DNA of 64,000 bases from Myxococcota bacterium (lineage in GTDB: Bacteria > Myxococcota_A > UBA796 > SXON01): positions 199,002 to 263,001 of the forward strand of contig JAZKFH010000008.1 in NCBI GenBank assembly GCA_040386535.1. Reading direction: 5' to 3'. The notes under the pieces were generated by a model. The model was not told the DNA's origin. It was given only the letters and a program-made list of their open reading frames with translations, and searched no databases. Shown here piece after piece: positions 1 to 9,816 of the stretch. Position 1 is the first letter of the stretch, and every line of letters starts with the position of its first letter. The translations under genes and the position numbers were made by a program.

Positions 1-2
1 AC

Positions 3-605
3 ACCGACCTCGGCCCGAGCTTCATCCCGGTCACGTTCGAGCTCCGCGGGCACTACAACCGCCTGATGGTCTCGTTCGGGTCCGAGTTCGGGTTCAACAC
101 CGGCGGTGACGACGGCAAGGCCCAGTGGATCGAGCGGTACCGCACGCGTGGCGCGCCCGATTCGAGGGTCGCCAAGATGCAGGAGATCACGCGCCTGTCG
201 GACGAGGACGTGAACGGCGACGGCGTCATCGACGCCGACGACACCGAGACCTTCTTCGCGGCCACCGAGCTCCTCTACAACCGCGTCAAGATCAACCGGA
301 ACCTGTTCATGGGCGCCGCGGTGGTGCTCGGGCGTGACGCCGGCATCGGCTTCGGGCCCCGCCTCGGCCTGCGCGTGGGCTGGACCAACGTGCCCTACGC
401 GCTCCAGACCACCGCGCACGTCGGGATGACCCTCGCGCCCCCGGGCATCAAGCCCCTCGGTGACCGGGTCCGCCCCTTCGTGGATGTCGATGGCCGCATC
501 GGCGCGAGCTTCCCGTTCGCGACCAGCCTCGCCTTCGACAAGAACGCGGCGATCACCGTGATGCCGGTCTTCGGCCTCACGGCCGGCGTCGGAACCACGT
601 TCTAA
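3..605 (+). CDS. Hypothetical outer-membrane beta-strand-rich protein, 5' partial
   Basis: Frame is open from the window edge; amphipathic beta-strand pattern ending in a C-terminal Phe (GVGTTF). Confidence 0.6.
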   Translation, partial: TDLGPSFIPVTFELRGHYNRLMVSFGSEFGFNTGGDDGKAQWIERYRTRGAPDSRVAKMQEITRLSDEDVNGDGVIDADDTETFFAATELLYNRVKINRNLFMGAAVVLGRDAGIGFGPRLGLRVGWTNVPYALQTTAHVGMTLAPPGIKPLGDRVRPFVDVDGRIGASFPFATSLAFDKNAAITVMPVFGLTAGVGTTF

Positions 606-620
606 GAGAGAGGCGTCGTC

Positions 621-2099
621 GTGTTGATCTCGCTGTTGACCGTCTCGATCGCCCTCGCCGCCGAAGGTACCGGTAAGGCCACCGTCGTGTGGCTACAGCC
701 GGACCTCCCGACCCCCGAGCTGCGCGCGAAGGCCGAGAAGATGCTCGGCGTCTCCGCGGCGCACGCGGCCTGGGCCGACCTCGCGTTCGTCCCCGCGCCC
801 TTCAACAAGGACGACGAGGCCCGCCTGGTCGCCCTGGAGCGCGCGCGGACCGACGCCCGGGTGAAGTTCGACGTGTTCGACACCGAGCGGGAGATCGCGG
901 CGGCGCTGGGCTCGGCCATCGGCGCGGTGACAGTGTTGCGGGATGACGCCGACCGCGCGGCCCTCGCCGACGCGTTGATCCTGCAGGGCGCCGCCGCCAC
1001 GCGGATCGTGCCCGAGGAGCGCTTCGCGACCGCGGAGGACGTCGCCGCCTTCCGCGGCTTCTTCGGCAGCAGCGCGGTGGTCAAGCCGTACGTCGATGCG
1101 CTCGCGCTCCAACCGGACGGCACCTGGGCGAGCGACGACCTTCCCGACGCGAACGCGTTCACCCGGCTCGGCGCCACCCGCGACCAGGCCTCGGCGCAGA
1201 CCGCCGCGCGGATCGAGCTCACGCCCCTGCCCGCCGGCCTCTCCGTGGTGCTCGACGGGCGCCCGTGGACCGTGGGCGCTGCCTATGCCGACGTAGAGCC
1301 CGGCCGCCACTACCTCCACGTGCTCTCCGGCGGCCGCATCGTCGGGCGCCAGTCGTTCGACACCGCCCCCGGCGCGTCGGTCACGATCGAGGCGACCGTC
1401 TCCAAGGGCGAGCTCGAGGCCGCGGGCGCGCGTGTGCTCGAGGGCTCGCGCGCCATCCCGGCGGACGTGGCCCAGGCGGTGGACCAGGTCGGGCTGCGCA
1501 ACGGCGCGCCCACGCCCACCTTCCTCGCCGTGCTCGACGAGAAGGGGCGCATCGAGGTGCTGCCCTACGGTGGCGGCGCCTCCTTCCAGAAGCGCCCCGC
1601 GGTCACCGTCCTGCTCAACGGCAGCGTCGGCGGCGCCTTCCTCTTCTCGCCCGCCTTCGTCGACTCGCTCGGCACGCCCACCGCGGGTTGGGGCGTGGCC
1701 GGGGATCTCGGCTTCGAGGTCGGCATCTACAACCTCGCCATCTACGGCGGCTCGACCCTCACGCTGACCCCGACCGAGTCGATGCGCTACGCGAACGCGG
1801 ACAGCACCGAGAACATCGACACCAACGCCTACTTCCACCCCTACGGTGGCCTCGGCGTGTACCTGCCTCGTCCCGACGTGAAGAAGCCGTTGATGATGCT
1901 CGGCGCCAACTACGGTTGGTTCTCGCCGGGCGCGATGGGCGTCGGAGGCCGCGTCTCCTTCGGCATCCCGAGCGGCGACGGCACGTGGTTCCGCATCGAT
2001 CTCGACGGATTCCGCGGCACGCAGATGGCCGGCTTCCCGGGCGAGGGAGATCCCGCCGTGTACGCCGGGATCCGACTCGGGTTCGGTCGGAAGCTCTAG
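621..2099 (+). CDS. Secreted/outer-membrane hypothetical protein (PEGA-like middle, beta-barrel-like C-terminus)
   Basis: Signal peptide; VVLDG...PGRHYLHV PEGA-like segment; Gly/aromatic alternating strands ending GIRLGFGRKL. Confidence 0.6.
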   Translation: MLISLLTVSIALAAEGTGKATVVWLQPDLPTPELRAKAEKMLGVSAAHAAWADLAFVPAPFNKDDEARLVALERARTDARVKFDVFDTEREIAAALGSAIGAVTVLRDDADRAALADALILQGAAATRIVPEERFATAEDVAAFRGFFGSSAVVKPYVDALALQPDGTWASDDLPDANAFTRLGATRDQASAQTAARIELTPLPAGLSVVLDGRPWTVGAAYADVEPGRHYLHVLSGGRIVGRQSFDTAPGASVTIEATVSKGELEAAGARVLEGSRAIPADVAQAVDQVGLRNGAPTPTFLAVLDEKGRIEVLPYGGGASFQKRPAVTVLLNGSVGGAFLFSPAFVDSLGTPTAGWGVAGDLGFEVGIYNLAIYGGSTLTLTPTESMRYANADSTENIDTNAYFHPYGGLGVYLPRPDVKKPLMMLGANYGWFSPGAMGVGGRVSFGIPSGDGTWFRIDLDGFRGTQMAGFPGEGDPAVYAGIRLGFGRKL

Positions 2100-2188
2100 G
2101 AGCGTTCGGGAGAAATGCTCCCGTCGTCCCCTCGCGTCTGCTGGCCGCGGCCGCGTCGAGGACTCGGTCCGCCTTTCCCCGAACGCTC
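2100..2188. mobile_element. 89-bp miniature inverted-repeat element flanked by CTAG
   Basis: Ends GAGCGTTCGGG...CCCGAACGCTC, with CTAG at both 2096-2099 and 2189-2192. Confidence 0.45.
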
Positions 2189-2237
2189 CTAGTACGGACG
2201 CAAAGAGCGGTTATCCTGCGCCCCTCTGGGTGTAGCC

Positions 2238-3446
2238 ATGCTCTTGTCCCTCGTCGTCTCGGTCCAAGCCGCGTCCCTGCCCGTGTGGAAGTGGCCCGCC
2301 GGTGAGGTCCAACGGTTCCACATCGAGACCGAGATCGTCACGCCGCCGGGCCAGCGCTACTACGCGGCGAACAACCTGGATGCACGCGCGGGTGCCATCA
2401 AGATCCGGGCGGATGCCTCGTGCACCGCCAAGCCCGAGGGCAAGGTCCAGGTCGTGAAGTGCAGTTTCGCCTACTTCGACATGAAGGGGCAGGCCTGGGT
2501 GGCCGACGAGGCCGTCAAGCTCGACACGATCCTCACCGAGTGGACCACCGACCTCGGCAAGACCAGCGTCGAGATGGAGCTCGGGGCGGACGGGCGCCTG
2601 CGCACGTTCGACACCTTCGGTGGCAAGGACCGCAGCAACAAGCGCGAGGGCTACATCATCGAGCAGCAGCGCACCTTGCTGCAGCGCGTGTTCTGCGCGT
2701 TCGACCTTCCGCTCACGACGGACGACAAGGACTGGATCCGCGGCTGGTCCCAGAAGGGCGGCTCCGCGCTGATGCAGCTCCAGACCATCACCGGCACCGC
2801 CGGCGCGTCCGACATCAAGCACGTCCACGCCGGCGAGCGGGACGGCCTCACCGTCATCCAGACCACCGCCAAGGGCACGCTCTCCGCGGGCTCCGCGATC
2901 GACGCGGATGCCGGCAGCCGCCTGGTGGACGTGCGGCTCGCCGGAGAGACCCTCTTCGACATCGCGAGCGGCATGATGATGTGGCGCGACTTCACGATGG
3001 ACGGCCGCCTCATGGTCAGCGCGCAGCAGGCCGGAAACGGCGCCGAGTACTTCCAGGTCGGCGCCCTCCAGTGGGTGCCGGAGTTTCCCGCGCCGGGTGA
3101 GATCCCGCTCTCCGTCACGGCCATGCGGGCGCCCCGCCTCTCCGGCGTCGCGCCCGTGCCGGTCGCCGGCCTCGCCGTCGTCTCCTTCGCCGAGCTCGGC
3201 ATGGACCCGCTGTTCGTCCAGGGCTTCCCGGCCGCGGCCGAGCCGCTCAACCTGCCCGTGACCAAGGTCACCGCGCGCGTCCTCGTCAACGCGGACGGGG
3301 TCCCCAGCTCGGTCACGCCGTTCGCCGGGTTCATGGTGCTCGGCGTGCCCACCGAGCAGGCGCTCCTCGGCGCGCGCTTCCCGGCCCGGCCCGCGCCCTA
3401 CGCGGTCGACCTCGACGTGGAGTGGCGCCCGTCGGCCGAGGAGTAG
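2238..3446 (+). CDS. Secreted hypothetical protein
   Basis: 402-aa ORF with signal peptide and typical high-GC3 codon usage. Confidence 0.7.
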   Translation: MLLSLVVSVQAASLPVWKWPAGEVQRFHIETEIVTPPGQRYYAANNLDARAGAIKIRADASCTAKPEGKVQVVKCSFAYFDMKGQAWVADEAVKLDTILTEWTTDLGKTSVEMELGADGRLRTFDTFGGKDRSNKREGYIIEQQRTLLQRVFCAFDLPLTTDDKDWIRGWSQKGGSALMQLQTITGTAGASDIKHVHAGERDGLTVIQTTAKGTLSAGSAIDADAGSRLVDVRLAGETLFDIASGMMMWRDFTMDGRLMVSAQQAGNGAEYFQVGALQWVPEFPAPGEIPLSVTAMRAPRLSGVAPVPVAGLAVVSFAELGMDPLFVQGFPAAAEPLNLPVTKVTARVLVNADGVPSSVTPFAGFMVLGVPTEQALLGARFPARPAPYAVDLDVEWRPSAEE

Positions 3447-3468
3447 CGGTCCCCGTCGAGGAGTAGCG

Positions 3469-3497
3469 TCCCGCCCCGCTTCTCTCGCGGGGCGGGC
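3469..3497. terminator. GC-rich hairpin between convergent genes
   Basis: CCCGCCCCGC-TTCTCTC-GCGGGGCGGG between the stops at 3446 (+) and 3506 (-). Confidence 0.45.
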
Positions 3498-3505
3498 TTC
3501 GCCGC

Positions 3506-5596
3506 CTACAGGTCCTGGACGAACTCGTAGTAGTCCCCGAAGTGCACCCGGTTGACCTGCCGGCCCATCTTGACCAGCTCGCGGGCGATGGCCTCGATGG
3601 CGTGCCGCATGCAAACGTCCTCGCGTCGGGCCGAGGCCAGCACGCACGCGTTGATCGCGGCGTTGACGATGAGGCCGCCCGCGATGTTGAACTGGTTGGA
3701 CAGGTAGGTCAGGTCCAGATCGTCGCCGCGCGGGGCGTAGGGCGGAAACGCGCGCTCCCAGAGCTTGAGCCGCTCGCTCGGCGAGGGCATCGGGAACTCG
3801 ACGACGGCACCGAACCGGCGGAGGAACGCCTCGTCGATGTTCTCCTGGAGGTTGGTCGTCAGGATCGCGCAGCCCTCGAACACCTCGAGGCGCTGGAGGA
3901 GGAAGCTCACTTCCTGGTTCGCGAAGCGGTCCTGGGCCTGCTTGACCTCGCCGCGGCTCCCGAAGAGGGCGTCGGCTTCGTCGAACAGCAGCACGGCGGT
4001 CCCGCCCTCCGCGGCGTCGAAGATCTCGCGGAGGTTCTTCTCGGTCTCGCCGACCCACCGGCTGATGACGCTGGAGAGGTCGACGCGGAACATGTCGAGG
4101 CCGAGCGTGCCGGCGATGACCTCGGCGGCCATCGTCTTTCCGGTACCCGGGCCGCCGGAGAACAGCGCCTTGATGCCGTAGCCGCGGGGCCGGATCTTGT
4201 TCGCGCCCCACCGGTGGTACACGTTCTCCTGCTCGGACAGGTAATTCGTGAGGTGTTTGAGCTGTTTTTCGATCTTGACCGGGATGATCAGATCGCCCCA
4301 CGTGTACTGGGGCACCACGTGCTGAGCGAGGCCGCGGAACTCGGGCCGGCTCCCCTCGCGGGCGGCGGCCCAGATGGCGTCGATGCTCGGCTCGTGCCCG
4401 CCCGACTCGGCCTCCGCGCGCTCGAGCACGCGTTGGATCGAGGTGCCGCCCACCGAGTAGAAGCGCTCGGCGATGTCGGCGCCGAGCTTCTCGTTCCAGC
4501 CGCGGCGGTTCAGCGCATCGCCCCAGGCCTCGTTGCGCTCCTCCAGCGTGGTGCGGGACACCTGCACCGTCACGCTCGGCCGGTCCGTGCCGAGCAGCGC
4601 CCCGATCGACTTGCGGTCGGAGCCGCCCATCAGCACGGGGTAGGGAAGCGCCGAGAGCGCGCCGCCGAGCGCCATCAGGCCGTTGCGCAGCGCGGGATCC
4701 TCCTGGGAGGCCGCCACGTTCACGAGGAAGGGGAGCGCCCCGCTCATCCGCAGCTCGCGGACCAGATCGTAGGGCTCGTCGATGTATTGGCGCGCGCGCT
4801 CGAGATCGATGCGGACCAGCGGCCGCTCGCACCGGCGCGCGATCGCCTGGGCCACGCCCTCGCGCATGCCGATCGTGCTCCCGACCACCGCCACGGTGAT
4901 GGCACGATCGAGCGACTCGTCGAGATCGGCGATGCGCTTGCGGGTCGGCGCGGGGATGAACGGGTCCATCGACGTGTCGATGGGCGTGAACCCCACCGAG
5001 CTCGGCAGCTCCTCCTCTTCGAGGAGCCAGCGCAAGAGCCGCGGCGCGGGGTGGACGCGGCGCGAGGTGTGCGTGTCGTGCCCGTCGGGCGGGTTCAGCA
5101 GGAGCAACCGGTAGCGGATGAGCGGCCCGCCCTGCATCAGCCGCGCCTGGAGCGCCAACCGCTCACGACGCTCGGTGCGCAGCACGCGGGTGGCCATGTC
5201 GACCGTGAGGTAGGCCTGGTTCAGGTTGTCGTTTAGATACGCGAAGATGCGGCCGTACCCGGCGCTGATCTCCGGCGCGAGGGAGAGCAGGATGAGGTCG
5301 GCGTCGTCTCCGTCCAGATCGAACGCGCGGCGGAGCCGGGCGAACCGCCCGTCGGTCGCGTCGCGCATCGCGGCCGAGGCCGCCACCGCGTCCTCGAGGC
5401 CGTCGGGACCGGTGATGTAGTCGATTTCGCCGTGCGCGCGGAGGAGCGCGTCCACCTCGTCGTCGGTGATGACGGAGCCCCAGAACTGGCCCTTGGCGCG
5501 CATCGAGGGCCGGGCGCGCTGACGCCGCACGGCGCGGAGCAGCAGGAGGTCGGTGCGCCGGAGGCGGCGCGCGAGCTCCTCGAAGACATTGCTCAT
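3506..5596 (-). CDS. eCIS AAA+ ATPase (Afp15/Pvc15-like)
   Basis: Walker A GGPGTGKT, Walker B LLFDEAD, DLSSVISRWVGETEKNL, DRFANQEVSFLLQRLE; N-terminal RIFAYLND winged-helix segment typical of this family. Confidence 0.92.
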   Translation of the reverse strand: MSNVFEELARRLRRTDLLLLRAVRRQRARPSMRAKGQFWGSVITDDEVDALLRAHGEIDYITGPDGLEDAVAASAAMRDATDGRFARLRRAFDLDGDDADLILLSLAPEISAGYGRIFAYLNDNLNQAYLTVDMATRVLRTERRERLALQARLMQGGPLIRYRLLLLNPPDGHDTHTSRRVHPAPRLLRWLLEEEELPSSVGFTPIDTSMDPFIPAPTRKRIADLDESLDRAITVAVVGSTIGMREGVAQAIARRCERPLVRIDLERARQYIDEPYDLVRELRMSGALPFLVNVAASQEDPALRNGLMALGGALSALPYPVLMGGSDRKSIGALLGTDRPSVTVQVSRTTLEERNEAWGDALNRRGWNEKLGADIAERFYSVGGTSIQRVLERAEAESGGHEPSIDAIWAAAREGSRPEFRGLAQHVVPQYTWGDLIIPVKIEKQLKHLTNYLSEQENVYHRWGANKIRPRGYGIKALFSGGPGTGKTMAAEVIAGTLGLDMFRVDLSSVISRWVGETEKNLREIFDAAEGGTAVLLFDEADALFGSRGEVKQAQDRFANQEVSFLLQRLEVFEGCAILTTNLQENIDEAFLRRFGAVVEFPMPSPSERLKLWERAFPPYAPRGDDLDLTYLSNQFNIAGGLIVNAAINACVLASARREDVCMRHAIEAIARELVKMGRQVNRVHFGDYYEFVQDL

Positions 5597-5635
5597 CGGT
5601 GTCCTTCCAATGCGGGGTCGGGGGAATCCCCGATC

Positions 5636-6259
5636 CTACAGGAACGCCTTCTTGTCCGCGAAGCGATCGTGCGCGGCGTCGCGGGACTGCTCGATGGACT
5701 GCAACACCTCGCGCGCAAACCGCTCGAGGATCGCGTCGCGGCTGAAGCCCTCGCCCACGAGCGCGTCGTAGCCGCGCTGCGCGCTCGAGTCGATCTCCTG
5801 GCCCTCGCGCTTCTCCGAGGCCCCGCCCGCGGCGCCCGTGGCGCCCGTGCTCGGCACGGCGTGGCTCGCCTCGTGAGACTCCGCGCCGCCCGACCGGCTG
5901 CGGTGGAGCACCATGCGCTCGACGGAGCGCGCGGCGATCTCTTCTCCGTCCCGAGCCTCGTGCGAGCCCTGCCCGCCGGAGTGATCGACGTGGTACTGCT
6001 CATGCGCGAAGAGGGCCTGGTCCTCGGCGCGCCCGGGGCTGAAGTCGTCCGCGACGATGATGCTCTTGTCGACCGTCATGGCGCGCGCGCCGAGGGTCTT
6101 GAGCGCGCGGCTGGCCAGCTCGCCGCCGAACACCTCGCCGCCGCCGGGCATGGCGCTCCGCTGGAGCTCCCCGCGACTGGCGCGGGACGCGAGCCGGTCG
6201 GCCGTGCGGGACACGCCGCGCGCGCTGCGCGAGGTGGTGGGGCTGTCGTTCGACGCCAT
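5636..6259 (-). CDS. DUF4157 (eCIS core domain) protein
   Basis: LGARAMTVDKSI...ALFAHEQYHV (HExxH) signature; adjacent to the ATPase; GGAGG RBS. Confidence 0.8.
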   Translation of the reverse strand: MASNDSPTTSRSARGVSRTADRLASRASRGELQRSAMPGGGEVFGGELASRALKTLGARAMTVDKSIIVADDFSPGRAEDQALFAHEQYHVDHSGGQGSHEARDGEEIAARSVERMVLHRSRSGGAESHEASHAVPSTGATGAAGGASEKREGQEIDSSAQRGYDALVGEGFSRDAILERFAREVLQSIEQSRDAAHDRFADKKAFL

Positions 6260-6294
6260 GGGCCCTCCGAGACCGCGATGATAGCCTGTGCGGG

Positions 6295-7644
6295 GTGAGC
6301 TTCCTACTCCCGGACCTCGTCTATTCCGAAGGTGCGCTCCGCTCCGGCCTCGCCGTGTGGCTCCTCGGGCCCAGCATCGCCGGCGTCTTCCCCGCAGAGG
6401 AGCTGCCGGCAGGCGCGGATGTGGAGCGGCTCCCCGGCCGCGCGCTCCTCCCCGGCTTCGTCAACGCGCACTCCCACGCGTTCCAGCGCGGCTTGCGCGG
6501 GCACGTCCAGTATGCGGATGGCGCGGATTCGTTCTGGACCTGGCGGGACCGCATGTACCGCCTCGCCAACACCCTCGACCCCGACGGTATCGAGGCCGTC
6601 TCCGCCCTCGCCTTCCTCGAGATGGTGCGCGCCGGCTTCACGACGGTGGGCGAGTTCCACTACCTCCAGCACGCGCCCGACGGCACCCCCTACGCCGACC
6701 CCGACGAGCTCGCCCGGCGCGTCGTCGCCGCGGCGGAGCGCGTCGGCATCCGCATCGTGCTCCTGCGCGTCGCCTACGCCCGCGCCGGCGTCGGGCTCGC
6801 CCCCAACCCGCTCCAGCGCCGCTTCTACGATCGGGGCCCGGACGATGTCCTCGCCGCTGTCGCCCGCCTCCGCGCCAGCGGCGTCACGGTGGGCCTCGCG
6901 CCGCACTCCGTCCGCGCCTGCCCCGCCGATTGGCTGCGCGCGTTCGCCGGCTTCGACGGCCCGGTCCACGCGCACGTCGACGAGCAGCCCGCCGAGATCG
7001 CCGCGTCGCTGAAGGAGCACGGCCGCACGCCGCTGCAGGTGTTCGCCGACGCGGGCCTCGTGAACGAGCGCTTCACCGCGGTGCACCTCACGCACCCCGA
7101 TGACGACGAGCTCGCCCTGCTCCGTGCCGCGGGCGGGCGGGTGTGCGTGTGCCCCACCACCGAGCTCGACCTGGGGGACGGCCTCTTCCCCGTCGCGCGC
7201 GCCGCCGGCATCGACCTGTGCATCGGCTCCGACAGCCACGCGCTGATCGACCCGTTCACCGAGATGCGCAGCATCGAGTGGCACGCGCGCGCCGCGAGCG
7301 GCCGCCGCAACGTGCTCGGCCCCTTCGCGGATCCGGACGGACTCGCGCGCGCCCTCCTCGACGCCGGGACGCGGGGCGGGGCAACAGCGCTCGGCCTCAC
7401 CGTGCCGAAGCCGAACGCGGGCACGATCGCGCCCAACACCCCCGCGGATCTCGTCGCCATCGATCTGAACGACATCGCGCTACGCGGCGCGCGCATCCTC
7501 CCCGCGCTCGTGTTCTCGGGCCACCCCGGCCTCGTGACGGACGTGTGGGTCGGCGGGCGCCGGATCGTCGGGGGGCGGCATCACGTCGGCGCCGAGGCCA
7601 TCGTAGCGGCGGCGGAGCGCGCGTTGGAGAAGGCGGGGGGGTGA
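6295..7644 (+). CDS. hutF: Formimidoylglutamate deiminase
   Basis: PGFVNAHSHAFQRGLRG, SFWTWRDRMY, GEFHYL, APHSVRA, CPTTELDLGDG, IGSDSH. Confidence 0.9.
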   Translation: MSFLLPDLVYSEGALRSGLAVWLLGPSIAGVFPAEELPAGADVERLPGRALLPGFVNAHSHAFQRGLRGHVQYADGADSFWTWRDRMYRLANTLDPDGIEAVSALAFLEMVRAGFTTVGEFHYLQHAPDGTPYADPDELARRVVAAAERVGIRIVLLRVAYARAGVGLAPNPLQRRFYDRGPDDVLAAVARLRASGVTVGLAPHSVRACPADWLRAFAGFDGPVHAHVDEQPAEIAASLKEHGRTPLQVFADAGLVNERFTAVHLTHPDDDELALLRAAGGRVCVCPTTELDLGDGLFPVARAAGIDLCIGSDSHALIDPFTEMRSIEWHARAASGRRNVLGPFADPDGLARALLDAGTRGGATALGLTVPKPNAGTIAPNTPADLVAIDLNDIALRGARILPALVFSGHPGLVTDVWVGGRRIVGGRHHVGAEAIVAAAERALEKAGG

Positions 7645-7663
7645 TTTCGGGAGCTAGAGTTTT

Positions 7664-7688
7664 TGGGGCGGGGCTCCGCCCCGCAACG
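7664..7688 (+). repeat. REP-like palindrome, copy 1
   Basis: TGGGGCGGGGCTCCGCCCCGCAACG; related copies at 41604 and 48399. Confidence 0.55.
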
Positions 7689-7714
7689 CCCGGAGGCACG
7701 CAGTCCTCAGCCTC

Positions 7715-8839
7715 TCAGTCCAGCCGGCACCGGCGCGCCACGACCTCCTCCACCACGTCGACCGCGCGGTGGAGCTCCCCGATCGGCACGTATTCGTCGG
7801 CCTTGTGGGCCACGTCGATGCTGCCGGGGCCAAACACGATCGTGCGCACGCCCATCCGCTCGAAGTTGCCGCCATCGGTCGCGAACGCCGCGGCCGCGGT
7901 GTCCGGCGAGGCCGCCCAGGGCCGCAGCAACGTCTCGAGCGGAGTTCCGGCGGGCGTCAACATGGCCGGCGTGACGCGCACGAGCTCGGCGCGCACGCTC
8001 CCGAGGGGCTCGACGACAGCGCGGAGCTCCTCGAACAGCCCCTCCGGCGACATCCCGGGCAACGGGCGGAAGCCCACATCGATGATGCAGCGGTCGGGCA
8101 CGATGTTCACTGCGTTGCCGCCGTGGATCGTGGCGACGTTCATCACGACGAACGGGCGCTCGAGCAGCTCCGGGAACCGCACGTCGTGCCGCCACCGCTC
8201 GGCCAGCGCGTCGAGCGCGTCGATCACCCGCGCCGCGAGGCGGATCGCGTTCGCGCCGAGGTCGGGCTTGCTCGAGTGGGCCGCGCGCCCCGCGCACGTG
8301 ATGCGCGCCGCGACGTGCCCCGGGTGCATCCGCAACATCTGGAACGAAGTCGGCTCCCCGATGAGTGCCATCGACGGGAGCGTGCGCCCCTCGGCCGCGT
8401 AGCGCTCGGCGATGCCGCGGGAGCCGAGGCAGCCCACCTCCTCGTCGTGCGTGAAGATCAGCACGAGCTCCCGGCGCAGATCGCGCGGCGGCGTGCGCGT
8501 CAGCGCCGCGACGATGGCGGCGAGGAACGCCTTCATGTCGCACGCGCCGCGCCCCACGAGCCGGTCGTCGCGTCGGGTCAGCTGGAAGGGGTCGGAGGTC
8601 CACGGCTGCCCCTCGACGGGGACCACGTCCATGTGCCCGGAGAGCACGATCCCGTCGGTGCCGGAGGGGCCCGCCGAGCAGACGAGGTTGCACTTGCCGG
8701 GCTCGGTCGCCGCCAGCGTCTCGACACGCATCCCCACCGCCTCGAGGCGGTTCGCGAGGTCGGCCGCGATGCCGGTCACTGGGCGGTCCGACACCGTAGG
8801 CCAGGCGACGAGTCGGCCGAGGAGCTCTTCAACGTCCAT
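7715..8839 (-). CDS. argE: M20 acetylornithine deacetylase-like enzyme
   Basis: LSGHMDVVP, GRGACDMKAF, DEEVGCLG, IGEPT, GRAAHSS, GPGSIDVAHKADE; start taken at MDVEELL. Confidence 0.85.
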   Translation of the reverse strand: MDVEELLGRLVAWPTVSDRPVTGIAADLANRLEAVGMRVETLAATEPGKCNLVCSAGPSGTDGIVLSGHMDVVPVEGQPWTSDPFQLTRRDDRLVGRGACDMKAFLAAIVAALTRTPPRDLRRELVLIFTHDEEVGCLGSRGIAERYAAEGRTLPSMALIGEPTSFQMLRMHPGHVAARITCAGRAAHSSKPDLGANAIRLAARVIDALDALAERWRHDVRFPELLERPFVVMNVATIHGGNAVNIVPDRCIIDVGFRPLPGMSPEGLFEELRAVVEPLGSVRAELVRVTPAMLTPAGTPLETLLRPWAASPDTAAAAFATDGGNFERMGVRTIVFGPGSIDVAHKADEYVPIGELHRAVDVVEEVVARRCRLD

Positions 8840-9746
8840 CGGGCTTCTTCCGGGAGGCGGGAGCCTTGCGAGGAGCCGCGGAGGCGGGCGCGGCTGCCGT
8901 CGTGACCTCACGCGCCACGTCCTTGGCGGACGTGACCTCTTCTTCGGCGACTTTTTCGGGCGTCTCTTCTTTCTTCGCGCCGCTCTCGGCGTCCGCCTTG
9001 GCCGGCGCCGAGGTCGACTTCGGCTCCGCCGCCTTCTCCGCTGTCCCGGCGCCTTTCTTGTCGCCCTTCTTGTCGTCCTTCTTCGCCTCCTCCTCCTCCG
9101 GCCCGTCCCACCAGTGGTGGTTGCGCTGGTTCCGCCACACCGGCACCGGCGCGCTGGTGTCGGTCACTCGGAGGATCGCGTCGGCGCGCTGGAACAAGGC
9201 GGGGGCCTGGGTCGCGGGGCAGCTCTCACCTTCGGCGACGAAGGGCCTCTCCTCCGCGGAGGAGGAGGGCGCGAGGAGGGCCGAGGGGAGATCCACCTGG
9301 ACGGGCACCGTCTCGAACGCGGCGCGCTCGGCTGCCACGGCCTGATCGAGCAGGAGCGCGCCACGCGACAGGTCACCGGCGCACAGGGACTCCGCGGCGC
9401 GGCGGTAGAGCTGCGTCGTCTTGTGCCAGCGGGTCGGATCGGGGAGGGTGAAGCCCGTGGCGCCGCGCGCCACGCGGAGGTGCCAGTCCCGCTGGTCCGC
9501 CATCTCTTTCTGCTCGGCGCGCTGCACCATCTGGATCTCGCCGAGGCGGCGCTCCACGAAGGCGAGGAGGGCGTCCCGCTTCTCGGTGGCCGCGCCCAGC
9601 AGCGCGCCGACCTGGTTGTTCCCCACCTTCTTCGCCAGCAGGGCGAGCTCCTTGCCGCCGGCGTCGCGAAGGCGATCGCGCGCGCCGCCGCGGGCGCGGG
9701 TAACCGGCACATCGCCGAGGCCGGGGTTGCGCTTCTGCCGACTCAC
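8829..9746 (-). CDS. Hypothetical protein, possibly eCIS-associated
   Basis: 305 aa; LAKKVGNNQVGALL motif, helical core and Lys/Glu-rich tail; divergent from the eCIS operon. Confidence 0.7.
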   Translation of the reverse strand: MSRQKRNPGLGDVPVTRARGGARDRLRDAGGKELALLAKKVGNNQVGALLGAATEKRDALLAFVERRLGEIQMVQRAEQKEMADQRDWHLRVARGATGFTLPDPTRWHKTTQLYRRAAESLCAGDLSRGALLLDQAVAAERAAFETVPVQVDLPSALLAPSSSAEERPFVAEGESCPATQAPALFQRADAILRVTDTSAPVPVWRNQRNHHWWDGPEEEEAKKDDKKGDKKGAGTAEKAAEPKSTSAPAKADAESGAKKEETPEKVAEEEVTSAKDVAREVTTAAAPASAAPRKAPASRKKPDGR

Positions 9747-9816
9747 GGCGTCTCCCTATCCGATCGGCCTCGCTCCGCGCCGGAGCTCGACGTACCTCGG
9801 GTAGAATCTTGCGCTC

